Of a DNA stretch of 64,000 nt, positions 1 to 12,600 are shown piece after piece. Source of the DNA: Tubiluchus corallicola (taxonomy: Eukaryota; Animalia; Priapulida). The DNA is taken from contig JAQGDQ010000139.1 in the NCBI GenBank assembly GCA_030141605.1, positions 434,001 through 498,000 of the forward strand, given 5' to 3'. The notes below the pieces were generated by a model. It searched no databases. It was given only the letters and a program-made list of their open reading frames with translations, and was not told the DNA's origin. Made by a program: the position numbers and the translations under genes. Every line of letters starts with the position of its first letter. Within the stretch, counting starts at the first letter, position 1.

Positions 1-562
1 TTAATTAAAGAATTTTTCTTTGTGAAATTTGACTGCCTTTAAATTGGCTCATACACAGTATAATAAATCTCCAATTCATCAACCATTGTTAGAACACGAT
101 AGTATCACTCTAGCAAAACAAGATATTAGATGCACATTACTTTGATTAATCTCGAAAATTAGAAAGATTAAATTAAAAATCACAATAATAAACTTGTCTG
201 AAGGATAGAATAATATTTGTGAAATATCTAAAACTCTTAATTATGTAACTTGATACACATGGCACTTTGCAGCCATTTTAGTTCATTTACAATTGCTGTA
301 ACTTTCAAATCTGCCAATGTGCACTAAAACTAAAAGCAGAATGTCCGCAATTGAGAGTCAAAAAGGAGAATGAATAACGAACACACAAAATCACATTTTG
401 GTCGAATTATTTTTAACCATAATTATGACTGGCTTTTAGTACACCATTGATCTAAAATATCGAGTGTTGTCTGGGTTCTGCTTCTTTTATATCAAAATCA
501 TCAATCAGAATGTACTTATAAGGTAACTTTATCAAGTGTTGTAAATGATACAGAATTTGATT

Positions 563-691
563 TTAAGCAGAAGTTTTCTTGGGATAATGAAGTTTCAGAA
601 AAGTAATGCGCCCCAACATGTCTCCAGCTACAATCATGTTCTCTTTTGCCTGCATGGCCGTTATTTCTGTCCTGGCTGTGTACTGTCCAAG
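563..691 (-). CDS. TEP1: TEP1 terminal coding exon ([30 protein letters not shown])
   Basis: tttcag acceptor, phase 0, final WD strand, TAA at 565-563. Confidence 0.85.
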   Translation of the reverse strand, partial: LGQYTARTEITAMQAKENMIVAGDMLGRITFLKLHYPKKTSA

Positions 692-3600
692 CTGAAAACA
701 AAACAGTATGTCAGTATCCTTTATACATGCTTACACAACATGTTCAACAATTATTGACAAGCATGCCCTTTGTTGCTCTTATATACCTAACATTTATATA
801 TACAGTACTGTTTATTTTAATGAGATTTATATTTTTTACTAATAGTTTCCTTTTTTCATTTTATAGAAGGCAATTTTCAGTACAGGAAGGAGATTTTCTA
901 AACCACTCTAGAAACAAATAAAACTAGTTAGTTAATTCATCATTTCTTATATATTCCAGTTTAGCTGATTTGAGCTTTTGGAATTAATGACTCAAGAGTT
1001 GAAGAAGGAAACTGTCTCAGGGAACATTTCCAGTCCTGGTATAGAGTTTAGGAACTCATCCTATATCCTATTAAGCACAGAGGCAATCTTTTTTATGTTG
1101 TCTTATAGTTTAAATTAAGTAAATAGTAGGTTTGTTTTGCAATACTTGAATTTGAAATCAGAATTATATCATTGTATATTCTTATTCATGGCACATCATC
1201 ACTTTTTGCAAAAGCCGTTTAGGAGCTCATCAGCCAAAACGAAGTTTATTTGTAGTTGTAAATGTGCGGCACGCTAGCTGTGTGATTATTCTTTTTTATA
1301 TACTTTCATAACCAGTTGGGCCTACTACTGAAACTTAATTTTGCTATGGTGCCATGTATAGAGAGCAGCTATAGTGTAGTGCACTTATCACAGACTTAAG
1401 GGTTTCACATACATGTTACTTTAAATTGCGTCCAGACACATTTAATCGAGCAAAGACTAAGCATAGTTAAAAATGTTCTATGAATACATACCTGTTTGTA
1501 AGTGTTTGTGTGCCAAAGTTTTATCTTCTTATCATTTGAGCCAGTCACAAGCAAATTTCCCTGATCAATGAGAACTATACATGTAATTTTGTCATTGTGA
1601 ATCTGCAAAATGAAAAGCATTTAATGTTGAGATAAATACAATATACAGTATATTTCAAGGGTGCAAACTTGGAACTGTTACTCTAATTAGATCCATACAA
1701 CAAGTCAAAATAACTGAGGACTGTATTGGTTTAATATATGGTGCACATCTTGTGTAACAATACTGTAAGTATGTTTAACTTAATACTTGATTTAACACAA
1801 AACGTCTTACGGCAAATTCCTATGCATTGTTAGTGGTATGGTTTCATTTGGTATAGAATGATTTAGTGCATCAGTTTTGCAGATAATGCACAAAATTAAA
1901 ACCTGTCCGAAATGTTAATACAACTGCAGTAGATTTGTTAGGTACTAGGTAGGTCTACAAATTCTTGTTAATTTTCAGCTAGTATTTGGTGTCACTGGAG
2001 TTCCTACTAGCTCTCATATGTATAGAATTTTTATAGAACTTTACAGAACTGTCAGAACACTTCATTATAATATTATATAAGCTCCATTATGGTAGAATGA
2101 TTAGCACACACAGAGAAAACATAAATGTTGAAAAATATTGTTTCGGCTTGTTTTGCAGTTGTTCTTTATTGTGTGCACAATGGAATGAATAACTCCCCCA
2201 ACACCCCCCCAGCAAAAGAGAAAGAAAAAAATGCACATGAAACAGAATTCTATAGCAACCGCGTTATAGGCTTCCGCACTCTGTAATCACATGCGAGTCG
2301 ATTTTCCATCGTTGGTTAGGTGTTGCACCGCAGTTGTTGATGAAACAATGCACACAGCAGCAAATTAAACAGTGCTTGTTTTGCAAAATAATGTTACTGT
2401 TCTCTGTTTTTCTCTAGCGCACATGGTCACCAAATTAAATGTTTTTGTTTCGTGTTTCATGTTTTTTTCGGGTGCATTAGATTTAAGAATTAATTAGTGA
2501 TCAAGCATGCAGTTAGGTTATCTAACCTTCTGGTTGAAGACAGGTGTTTGGGATCCATCTAGCACACTATACACAGAAAGATAACCTTGTCCATCTCCAG
2601 CATACACGTAGTTAATCCATGGGGACAATCGACAGCTGTAGATCCAGCCTCGTGTTGTAGTCGAAAATTTGTTTATCAGATCTAGCTCATTCTGAAATAA
2701 ACATTAAACATAGTTTTTAACAGTCTTTACAAGAAACCTTCTCTGCACAGGACGACTGTAAAAAAAGTTTGGTTGTGATACTTTTTCTAGGCAACTTTTC
2801 TTACTCGTCTGTCTCAGTTTATGCATATGCAGCTTTTATTATCTTATTTTTTGTATATTTACCACATAAACCATACAGAAAAAAATTCTAGTGAATAGAG
2901 CTGGAACACTTAATAAAGAACCTTTTATAAAGAGACGGTAAAACATGCAATTTTCACCATACTATCTGTTGACAGAAAGAAAAGAGAAAAAGAAAAAAAG
3001 CACAGAAATAGTTTTGAAAATAAGATTGATATTCTCTCAGCAGTTTTGAATGGGTATATTACATTTTTTTTTAAAAATGTGGACAGTTTTAATTACTTTA
3101 AGACCTAGCAGTGCTTTTGTTCTCATTTTCGTACATATTAATTTCAGTATTGTTTTTAGTTTACTTTTAGTTTGTAATTATTTCTGTTGTATGGTTTAAA
3201 TGGCTTTTGCTGAAATAAAATAGGAATCTAATCTAATCTAGTGTTAAAATCTAGATCTGTTTAGACAAGGCACTGAACCAACAAAAGTGCCTTAACCACC
3301 ATCCCTAGACAAAGTGAAAAGCCAGAGGCAAAACAACAGATGAAATCACATACTTCAGTCGCTATAAACACGCACAGTGTCACAGGTTTCACAACATGCA
3401 GAAACTTTTTTAAACAATAGTTTTTGTACGTGTCAAAAATTCCACACACAACTTTTGACAAAAGTTTGATTTTTTTAAATTTTGACCTAGCAGAATTTTG
3501 ACTATTAAGCAAGCAAGATGTACAATATATTTAAGAGTTATGACTATTTTTATTTATGCTTTATTTCACACAAATCAAATACAAATAAAGCCAATATTAA

Positions 3601-6600
3601 AACTATATATAAAGAGTGAATATGTCCGAGGATAGTACAACAGTAAGTCCTAAATAAGGAATAAGTAGAACTAAGTAAAAACATAAGAACAGATTTTTAT
3701 AACAGGTCTAATTACTACTCTGAGTAGCACTGGTCAAGATTTTTCTTTATTAATTCTTGTTTTAGTAAGCAGGAAATTTTTTCTTAGCCTGTGAAATATA
3801 CAAATAAGAAATTTTCATCTTATGTAAGAGATTTTAACTAATAAATCACATGAAATTAACGACTATGGATGACAAAAATGTTCTTAATTTAGACATGCAA
3901 CATTTTTTGCAAGTATCCAGTATTTTGTGAGTCAGTAAGATGACATTATAGTGAATTATGTTAACTATAAATGTTGTGAGATATAGAGGTTTTGTTGTCT
4001 TATAACGCTTGATTAGGAAATGATTGAAAGAGTGAATCAGCATCTAGCTAACTGGCTAACTGATGGACTCATTGAATGAGTATCTGACAAAATCTTGAAA
4101 TAGTCTGACTGACTGAATGAAAAAAATGAAAGACGACTGACTGATTGAATGAATGCAGACAGTCAAACATTCAATCAGCTGACAGGCCAACTGGCATGCA
4201 ACAAAAAAGCTTCCAACCAAGGAATGAGGTAAGAAGTAATCATACGAATGGACAAATGAACGAACAAACAAACAAAGGAAATGAGCAACAAATCAATATA
4301 CCTTTTGTAATTGTTCTGTTTTCAGACTACTAGAAGAACAAGGGGCCATTGAAAACATCTCAGATTCCACTCTGAACATTTTTCTCATCTTTAAAAAAAG
4401 AATATGACCTACAAACCGGGCATATCTGCACAAGTCACTTCCTAGTTATAGCCAGTGAGTGTTATGTTATGCAAAAATTCTGCCGCTTGATCCGTATCAC
4501 CATCAAACAAATATGCTCCAGATGTTTAACCAAGTCCAAAGTTCGTCTGCCTCACCACCGTGCACGTGTGCTGCAGGTAGTAAGAGCAGCGGTAGCAGCA
4601 TGGTCAGGGTGCGTTACCATAAGCGCTTGATCTACATGCTTTGCTTGTGCGTAGCCTCTACTATTACAATGCTTTGCTATGTAGTGAGGTTTCAAAAAGA
4701 TGGAGAACTTGTTTCATCACCGGGCAGCATCACCGCAGTCACCCCCACATATAAAAATGATTATCGGTATGCAGCTGACTGGTACAGCTCTGTGTGCTTT
4801 AATGAAATCAATTATGAGCAGTTTGATGTGCTAGGCTTAGTAAAAAGGATAGAAAACTGGAAAACTTCAGATAATACTTACTGCATAGCAGTGTTTAACA
4901 GATTTGATAGTGTATATAAAGTTAGTCTACGGAGAGGTACATTATACATGCCTAAACAGTTTCGTGGAAAAATGTTTGACTGGCTCGGTAAAAAAGAGGA
5001 TCTTTTTCGAGAAATGGAGTCACAGAATATAGTTCATGTGTACAACAAGTTGACACACGATTACACAATTTTTAATCCTGTCAGGTCAAAACGTCCGACT
5101 TCTGAGCCACCCAGTGGTCAGGACGCTCGTGCCAAAGTTGACAGATTGTCTGAAAAAACTAGTCACGACTGTGATTTTTGCAACTACTTGCAGATGACGG
5201 CTGCTGATTCGTTCGGAAGAGTTGAATCTGAATTTTCTTTTTCAGCTGCCAATGCTTTTAAGTTGGATGCATGGCATGCTTTATTTGTTCCCAGGCAGCA
5301 TCATCCATTAAACATAGATGATCAATTATTTCTCGATTTGTTCATGAAAACTGCAATGACGTGGTTTGAACAAGTGCATTCTTTGCATCCCGAGTATCAA
5401 TACCCCCATATGACATGGGACAATTTGCCTCAAGCCGGAGCTAGTCAAATTCATCCACATGTACAGGGAACTTTAGCGATGGATCAGTATTACGGAACAA
5501 TGGAGAATATTAGAGATGCTGCACAAAAGTACAGTGAGTTACATCCGGGCAGGAACTACTTTACTGACTTGACAGAGATGCATCATGGACTAGGATTGGC
5601 TGTGACTTTTGGAAAAGCAGCAGCACTAGCCCACCTGACACCTCGTTTGAAAAACGAAGTCATAGTCATTTGTGATAAGGCATCGGAGGACTTTTTTAGA
5701 ACTGTGTATTTTGTTATTAAAGCACTAGTGGATGACATGCGTGAATTAGCATTTAGTGCAGCCATAGTGCTGCCACCTATGGGTAAAAATACAATTGTGA
5801 ATGCAATGCCAGCTTTTGCACGTATTGCAACTCGTGGTAAGGAAGATGTCTCTGACATCAGTGCATTTGAAATGTTTACGTTATACAATGTAAATCAAAA
5901 TCCTGGCAAAGTAATTACAAAGGTTAAGGAGTCTATAGAAAAGAGAGGTGTTCCCGTTCGCTTGTAAATGTAGTTCGGCATATTAGTAAAATATATGTGA
6001 CCATGAAATTACACAGTTGTTTTCCTTAAAAAATGTTTTTGCATAGTATTCAGTAAATATGCAAGCCACAGGAACTTTCTCCACAACATATGGCATAGCT
6101 TATTTCAGTGCTAATCTGTGTGGTAATTTATGTTAATAAAAATTTACCTGTCCGTAAATTTATGCTTCTATCTTAAATTTTCACCTACATTAATTTGTGA
6201 ATGTAAATAACAAGAAATTTGGGAAACAGCAAGTTTCACACCCTGTTCTATGTGACAGTGCATCACTTCACTGGCATCACAAGGTAAAAAAGTAAAGTTA
6301 AGGTGAAATGTTTCAGTGTCACTTGCTACTAATGATCTGTGGGTTAGCATTCCGTGTAAGGTTACAAGAAATTAATTATTCGATGTTACTCTGAGACTTT
6401 TAAGATATAATGTAAAATGTCTGTAAGCAGAATAGTTAAAAAGTACCTACCTACAGCTTCCTGCTGGCAGTATTAAGAAAGTCTTAAGTTTGTAAGATAT
6501 TGGCTGCTTGGAGGGAGGGAGGGAGAGAGAGAGAGAGAGGGGGGAGGGAGAGAGAAAGAGAGAGGGAGAGAAAGAAAGAGAGAGAGACGTGCACGCACAC

Positions 6601-9600
6601 ACACAGACACGCACACACAGATACGCACGCACGCACGCACACACACACACACAGATGTTATCGAAATGTACTATATATGAAATTGCATAACGTTTCAAAT
6701 TTGTTCAAAAGCAAGCACATGGTAGCAGACACGCACGATGCAACAGTGTATACACGGATGATTATCATCTGTTGTGAGCGTTGGTAATGCACAATGACCT
6801 CACAGCGTTACAGATTCTGGCGGAAGTAGCACAGAATTTAACTTACAATCTGCTGAACAAACAACAGGGCAATTCATCCAAGCGAACTGCTGCCTTTTCA
6901 ACAAAAAAATCTAATCTGCTGTTCTGCTTCCGTGCAGGTATTGCTGTAGCGAGGGAAAACAAGCCATGCATGGGTTACCTATTTTACGACTGTTTCTACT
7001 TCAGCAACAAACTTTCAGACCAAAAATGTGTAACTCTAATCAATTGATTATTGTAATTTATGCTGATATACTTACATATATTCATTTACTTAAATATTGC
7101 ATTCAATTTTTAATAGTATTTTAATAATAATTATTCTGTTAATACTGTAAAATAATTATCATCGCACAATACGTTGTTTTCACTGTACAATGCTTGCACG
7201 ACATGTAAGTTACAATGTACAATGTACAATGATGTAACAATGTACATATTATTGTTGAGATAATAATCGAATTCATTGCATTTTGTAGAAATGTTCATTT
7301 TTCACTATAATACGTACAGAATGAAAGGAATTTCGAGTTAGATGAGCAAATAAATAATAAGTACATGCAACGAAGCAAACTGCTGTATCTCTAAATTAAA
7401 GGAATGATGTGACAAAAAGATAAAAAAGATCAGCGTAAGTGTGTATACCGAATGTGTAAATGTTGAATAGAGAAATATGAGGCAGCATGAACTGTATGAC
7501 ACCATGAAAAAGTCTGAGAACGCTTTGTACTTGTAGTCATTCATTACGAATACGATAATATTTTAGGCACGTATAATTGGTCACCAAGCCCAACAAAAAC
7601 ATTAATTATATTGATCATGTTGGTGTAACACTTAAAATTTTTTCTGCATAAGTAAATGTTTTTATTAAACACGTAAATAAAGAGAAACAGTTACAAATTA
7701 CTTTGATACAAAACAATTTAGTGAGCATCGTGACTGTTTCATAGGTAAACACCTGAAATAAAGAATATACTAAAAACAAATTAAATTTATTAAACCAGGG
7801 GACTAAAAGTAAAAATTATGATGCATTCTGTCAGAAACGGACAGATCTGCATCTCAGCAGTAAAGAATAATTATGTACTCTTGGGAGCTCATGACAATTG
7901 AGTAAATACTCTTGTTGATCAAAAATTAGAACAATTATTGGTAAACTAGACAGCATGCTCCCATGTAGAGGCGCATATCAAGGTAATGACAAATTTAACA
8001 GTTTAACTTTATAAATAATCATTTTTTGGTAGCCATAGTAAAAAGAAGCTTGTCACATGGAATAAATATTTACTCACTATAGTTGATTTGTTTCATGAAA
8101 GGCTGTGCTACTTACCTTCCAAACAAGTTGTAAGTTTACACTTACTCTTCATGATTACCATTAAATAATAATAATTGCTACTCGCTACTCAATAATTGCT
8201 TTACTGTAAATCTAGTCATTATCTAGCTGAAAAAGCATGCTACTGATTAATAAATTTACAATTGACAGAACCACTGAGTAATTGACTGATTGTTACATGT
8301 TTCATTCATTTACTCAGTTATTGTTTTGCTTGTTGCAAGTTTTATTAAACTAAAGGTTGTATGCTGTATTGTCTGCAGGTTAAAAGAGAAACTGTAAATT
8401 TTTCTTATCTAAGAGGGAAATATAGTGAGAAAGAGAAAAACACGGGAGACAGATAGGGAGGGAGAGAGGAAGAGAGGGAAAGGATAAGAGTGATTAAAGA
8501 GGTAAGAAGGAGAGAGGGAGAGGCAAACAGAAAAAAGAAACCAAAGGTTTTATCCTACTAAAATAGCAGAACTTGCAACTAAAAGCGCAACCACGATTTT
8601 TCTGTTAAAAATATTTGGAGTAAATACTTTTTTGGTGAAACGAGTTTTCTAGGACAAATATTTTCTGTGAAAGTTTGTTTTTTCTGTGATAAAAGTTTTC
8701 TGGGAAATGGACCTAAATCATTTCTATCACTGCCAGTGATTGTATAAAATTATCAAATCGGTTGCATACCGCCTAAAATTAAGTTTGCATACTGCGGTCA
8801 TAGTAATTTATAAGCTGCTAGCTTGGTTTTATACAGCTAGTTGTTATTTGTTCACTCATTCGTCTGTCCATTCATTCATTCATTCATTTGATCACTCATG
8901 CACTCATTTATTCATTCCTTCACTTATTTAGTTAGATTTACTTTTATTAATTTTTGTAGAAATTTTGATAGCTAGTTTTCAGTGAAACATTTTTCAACAT
9001 ATAAATCCAACATATAAGAAGCCTGAGATAAAAAATTGAATTTATAAACTAAACAGCTGCTCTGTATCTAGAAGAGTCAGTGTAACAGACCATTCATACA
9101 ATTTTAAAGATAACAAACAAAACTTGGAAATTTTTTAGAATAATGATGACACAAAACACTAACTAATCTCAGTGTTACAGAACCCAAGCTGCAATATCAA
9201 TACTCATCATTTCATTTGTTTATTCCTAAAAGATTCCAAAATGATTCAGACTGTAGAAATTTTGTCAGATTGACAAAACTTGCAAATGGATGAAGTTTTG
9301 ATAATTTTATACAATCACTGGCAGTGATAGAAATGATTTAGGTCCATTTCCCAGAAAACTTTTATCACAGAAAAAACAAACTTTCACAGAAAATATTTGT
9401 CCTAGAAAACTCGTTTCACCAAAAAAGTATTTACTCCAAATATTTTTAACAGAAAAATCGTGGTTGCGCTTTTAGTTGCAAGTTCTGCTATTTTAGTAGG
9501 ATAAAACCTTTGGTTTCTTTTTTCTGTTTGCCTCTCCCTCTCTCCTTCTTACCTCCTTAATCACTCTTATCCTTTCCCTCTCTTCCTCTCTCCCTCCCTA

Positions 9601-12600
9601 TCTGTCTCCCGTGTTTTTCTCTTTCTCACTATATTTCCCTCTTAGATAAGAAAAATTTACAGTTTCTCTTTTAACCTGCAGACAATACAGCATACAACCT
9701 TTAGTTTAATAAAACTTGCAACAAGCAAAACAATAACTGAGTAAATGAATGAAACATGTAACAATCAGTCAATTACTCAGTGGTTCTGTCAATTGTAAAT
9801 TTATTAATCAGTAGCATGCTTTTTCAGCTAGATAATGACTAGATTTACAGTAAAGCAATTATTGAGTAGCGAGTAGCAATTATTATTATTTAATGGTAAT
9901 CATGAAGAGTAAGTGTAAACTTGCAACTTGTTTGGAAGGTAAATAGCACAGCCTTTCATGAAACAAATCAACTATAGTGAGTAAATATTTATTCCATGTG
10001 ACAAGCTTCTTTTTACTATGGCTACCAAAAAATGATTATTTATAAAGTTAAACTGTTAAATTTGTCATTACCTTGATATGCGCCTCTACATGGGAGCATG
10101 CTGTCTAGTTTACCAATAATTGTTCTAATTTTTGATCAACAAGAGTATTTACTCAATTGTCATGAGCTCCCAAGAGTACATAATTATTCTTTACTGCTGA
10201 GATGCAGATCTGTCCGTTTCTGACAGAATGCATCATAATTTTTACTTTTAGTCCCCTGGTTTAATAAATTTAATTTGTTTTTAGTATATTCTTTATTTCA
10301 GGTGTTTACCTATGAAACAGTCACGATGCTCACTAAATTGTTTTGTATCAAAGTAATTTGTAACTGTTTCTCTTTATTTACGTGTTTAATAAAAACATTT
10401 ACTTATGCAGAAAAAATTTTAAGTGTTACACCAACATGATCAATATAATTAATGTTTTTGTTGGGCTTGGTGACCAATTATACGTGCCTAAAATATTATC
10501 GTATTCGTAATGAATGACTACAAGTACAAAGCGTTCTCAGACTTTTTCATGGTGTCATACAGTTCATGCTGCCTCATATTTCTCTATTCAACATTTACAC
10601 ATTCGGTATACACACTTACGCTGATCTTTTTTATCTTTTTGTCACATCATTCCTTTAATTTAGAGATACAGCAGTTTGCTTCGTTGCATGTACTTATTAT
10701 TTATTTGCTCATCTAACTCGAAATTCCTTTCATTCTGTACGTATTATAGTGAAAAATGAACATTTCTACAAAATGCAATGAATTCGATTATTATCTCAAC
10801 AATAATATGTACATTGTTACATCATTGTACATTGTACATTGTAACTTACATGTCGTGCAAGCATTGTACAGTGAAAACAACGTATTGTGCGATGATAATT
10901 ATTTTACAGTATTAACAGAATAATTATTATTAAAATACTATTAAAAATTGAATGCAATATTTAAGTAAATGAATATATGTAAGTTTTTAGTTTTGCCCTG
11001 CACTGTTCACACGTTCTCCAGTTTTACACATTTTACCCATTTTCCTAGGTTATGTTTCTGCTGGCCCAATGATAAGTGATTCATTGAAGTATGACAACTT
11101 AACAAGTATGTAACTTAACAAGCTATAGGAGGAAGAATACCTAGGCAGGATAGGTATAATTACATCAGATAATACATTTTTATCAGTTTTAACACACTTT
11201 GCAAAGCTGTAACCTGTTACTGTAACCAGTAACCTTATACTTAGTTGATTTATCTGTTTCTGTTTTACATTCTCATGTGAATCTAATCTTCATTTTCACC
11301 GTTATCACATTCATTTTTCGTTGTCATTTCTTACCCTTACTACCACCTGGTGCCGGTATTTCACTCTCTCTGCTTATTTGATTTCACACTTTCTACATAT
11401 CTTGTTTTCATATTACTTTCTGCTCAGGCCTGTATAAGTTTATCTTCTGTGCCTGAGCCGATACCTCAATATCTGGTGAAACTAGTTTTTGTTTTGTTTG
11501 CATTAGTAATAGCTTACATTGTAATAAATGTAATAATATATTATTTATGGCATTTTGGAACTAAACTAAACTAATCTGAACATCATGTGTTATAGTTAAT
11601 TGGCTCAAAGTGTATTACCGAAAGCTGCTGTAAGTGTTTTTATGCTCATAATATCCGATGTGCTTCAGCTAGCTCTGCTGCTTTTATCGTCCTTCTTTTT
11701 TGTAAGGTCTCAGTGGCATGCACTTTCTAGAACAATTGCTCAATCACTGACAGTTTTGTCTTGCGTGCTTCTTGTATAAATGAAATAATGAAACTGGCAG
11801 GCTGGTCAATTTGTTCTATTTTTCTGCTAAAAACTATAAAAATATGTTTTACCTTCTGTTTGTATAGAAAATCTATTCTGCAAATCTTGCTGTAAAATTC
11901 TAGTTAATTTTTGCTATTTAAATTAAGCATATGTTACAATATACAAGCTACCAGATAGTAAATTTGTTTACTTTGCAAGTAACAATTTCTATAACACTTG
12001 CTAGCTAAAGTGTTCCCAAAAAGCAAACAAGAATTGTATGTTACAGTTAACTGTTATTGGCTGAATAATGCAATTATATAGTTCCAATTATCAAATTCTT
12101 TGGCACTTTTCACGGTGGCTTCACAAGCTTTGCTTCTTGACCACCATGCAGAATATATTTCTGTTTGGTAAACTATAATGTAGTTTAGTTCTGCTACAAT
12201 TATTGTAACTATATTTGATTTTTTTCCTAGTTGTAGGGTGTAATAGTTATAAGATAATAATGCAAATTGTAATGTAAAATTATATGCTGAGGCAAATTAC
12301 AAGAAAATTACTAATTACAAAAAACTGGATTATTTAGATGCTTTTCCTCAGACTTCAAGTGAACAAATGTTTAGATTTTGTTTTATTTGATGCTTAATTC
12401 AGGACTGTATATCAATATTGTCATAATTATGTGTCTGATAACAGCTTGTTTGGAGTGAAGCAGTTCTTATTCAATTACTAGTAGAACCTTATCCATGTTT
12501 TTTCGATAATACGTTGATACTGTGCAGGTTGGATGTTGCCCACCTGTAGGTTTTAAGTGTCCTGTGTAGTCTCTAATGTGACTTGGGATAGAATGTGTAA

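Noticed and set aside
5583-5888. 101-aa minus-strand ORF
   Set aside because: Antisense shadow of the HIT/GalT-like CDS.
6447-6787. ORFs over GA/CA microsatellites (also 15461-15655, 36244-36507, 40187-40492, 58196-58423)
   Set aside because: Translations of simple sequence repeats.
7338-10716. Duplicated 68-aa ORF ([10 protein letters not shown]..) as a gene pair
   Set aside because: Identity is a by-product of the inverted repeat; the composition is typical of AT-rich non-coding DNA.
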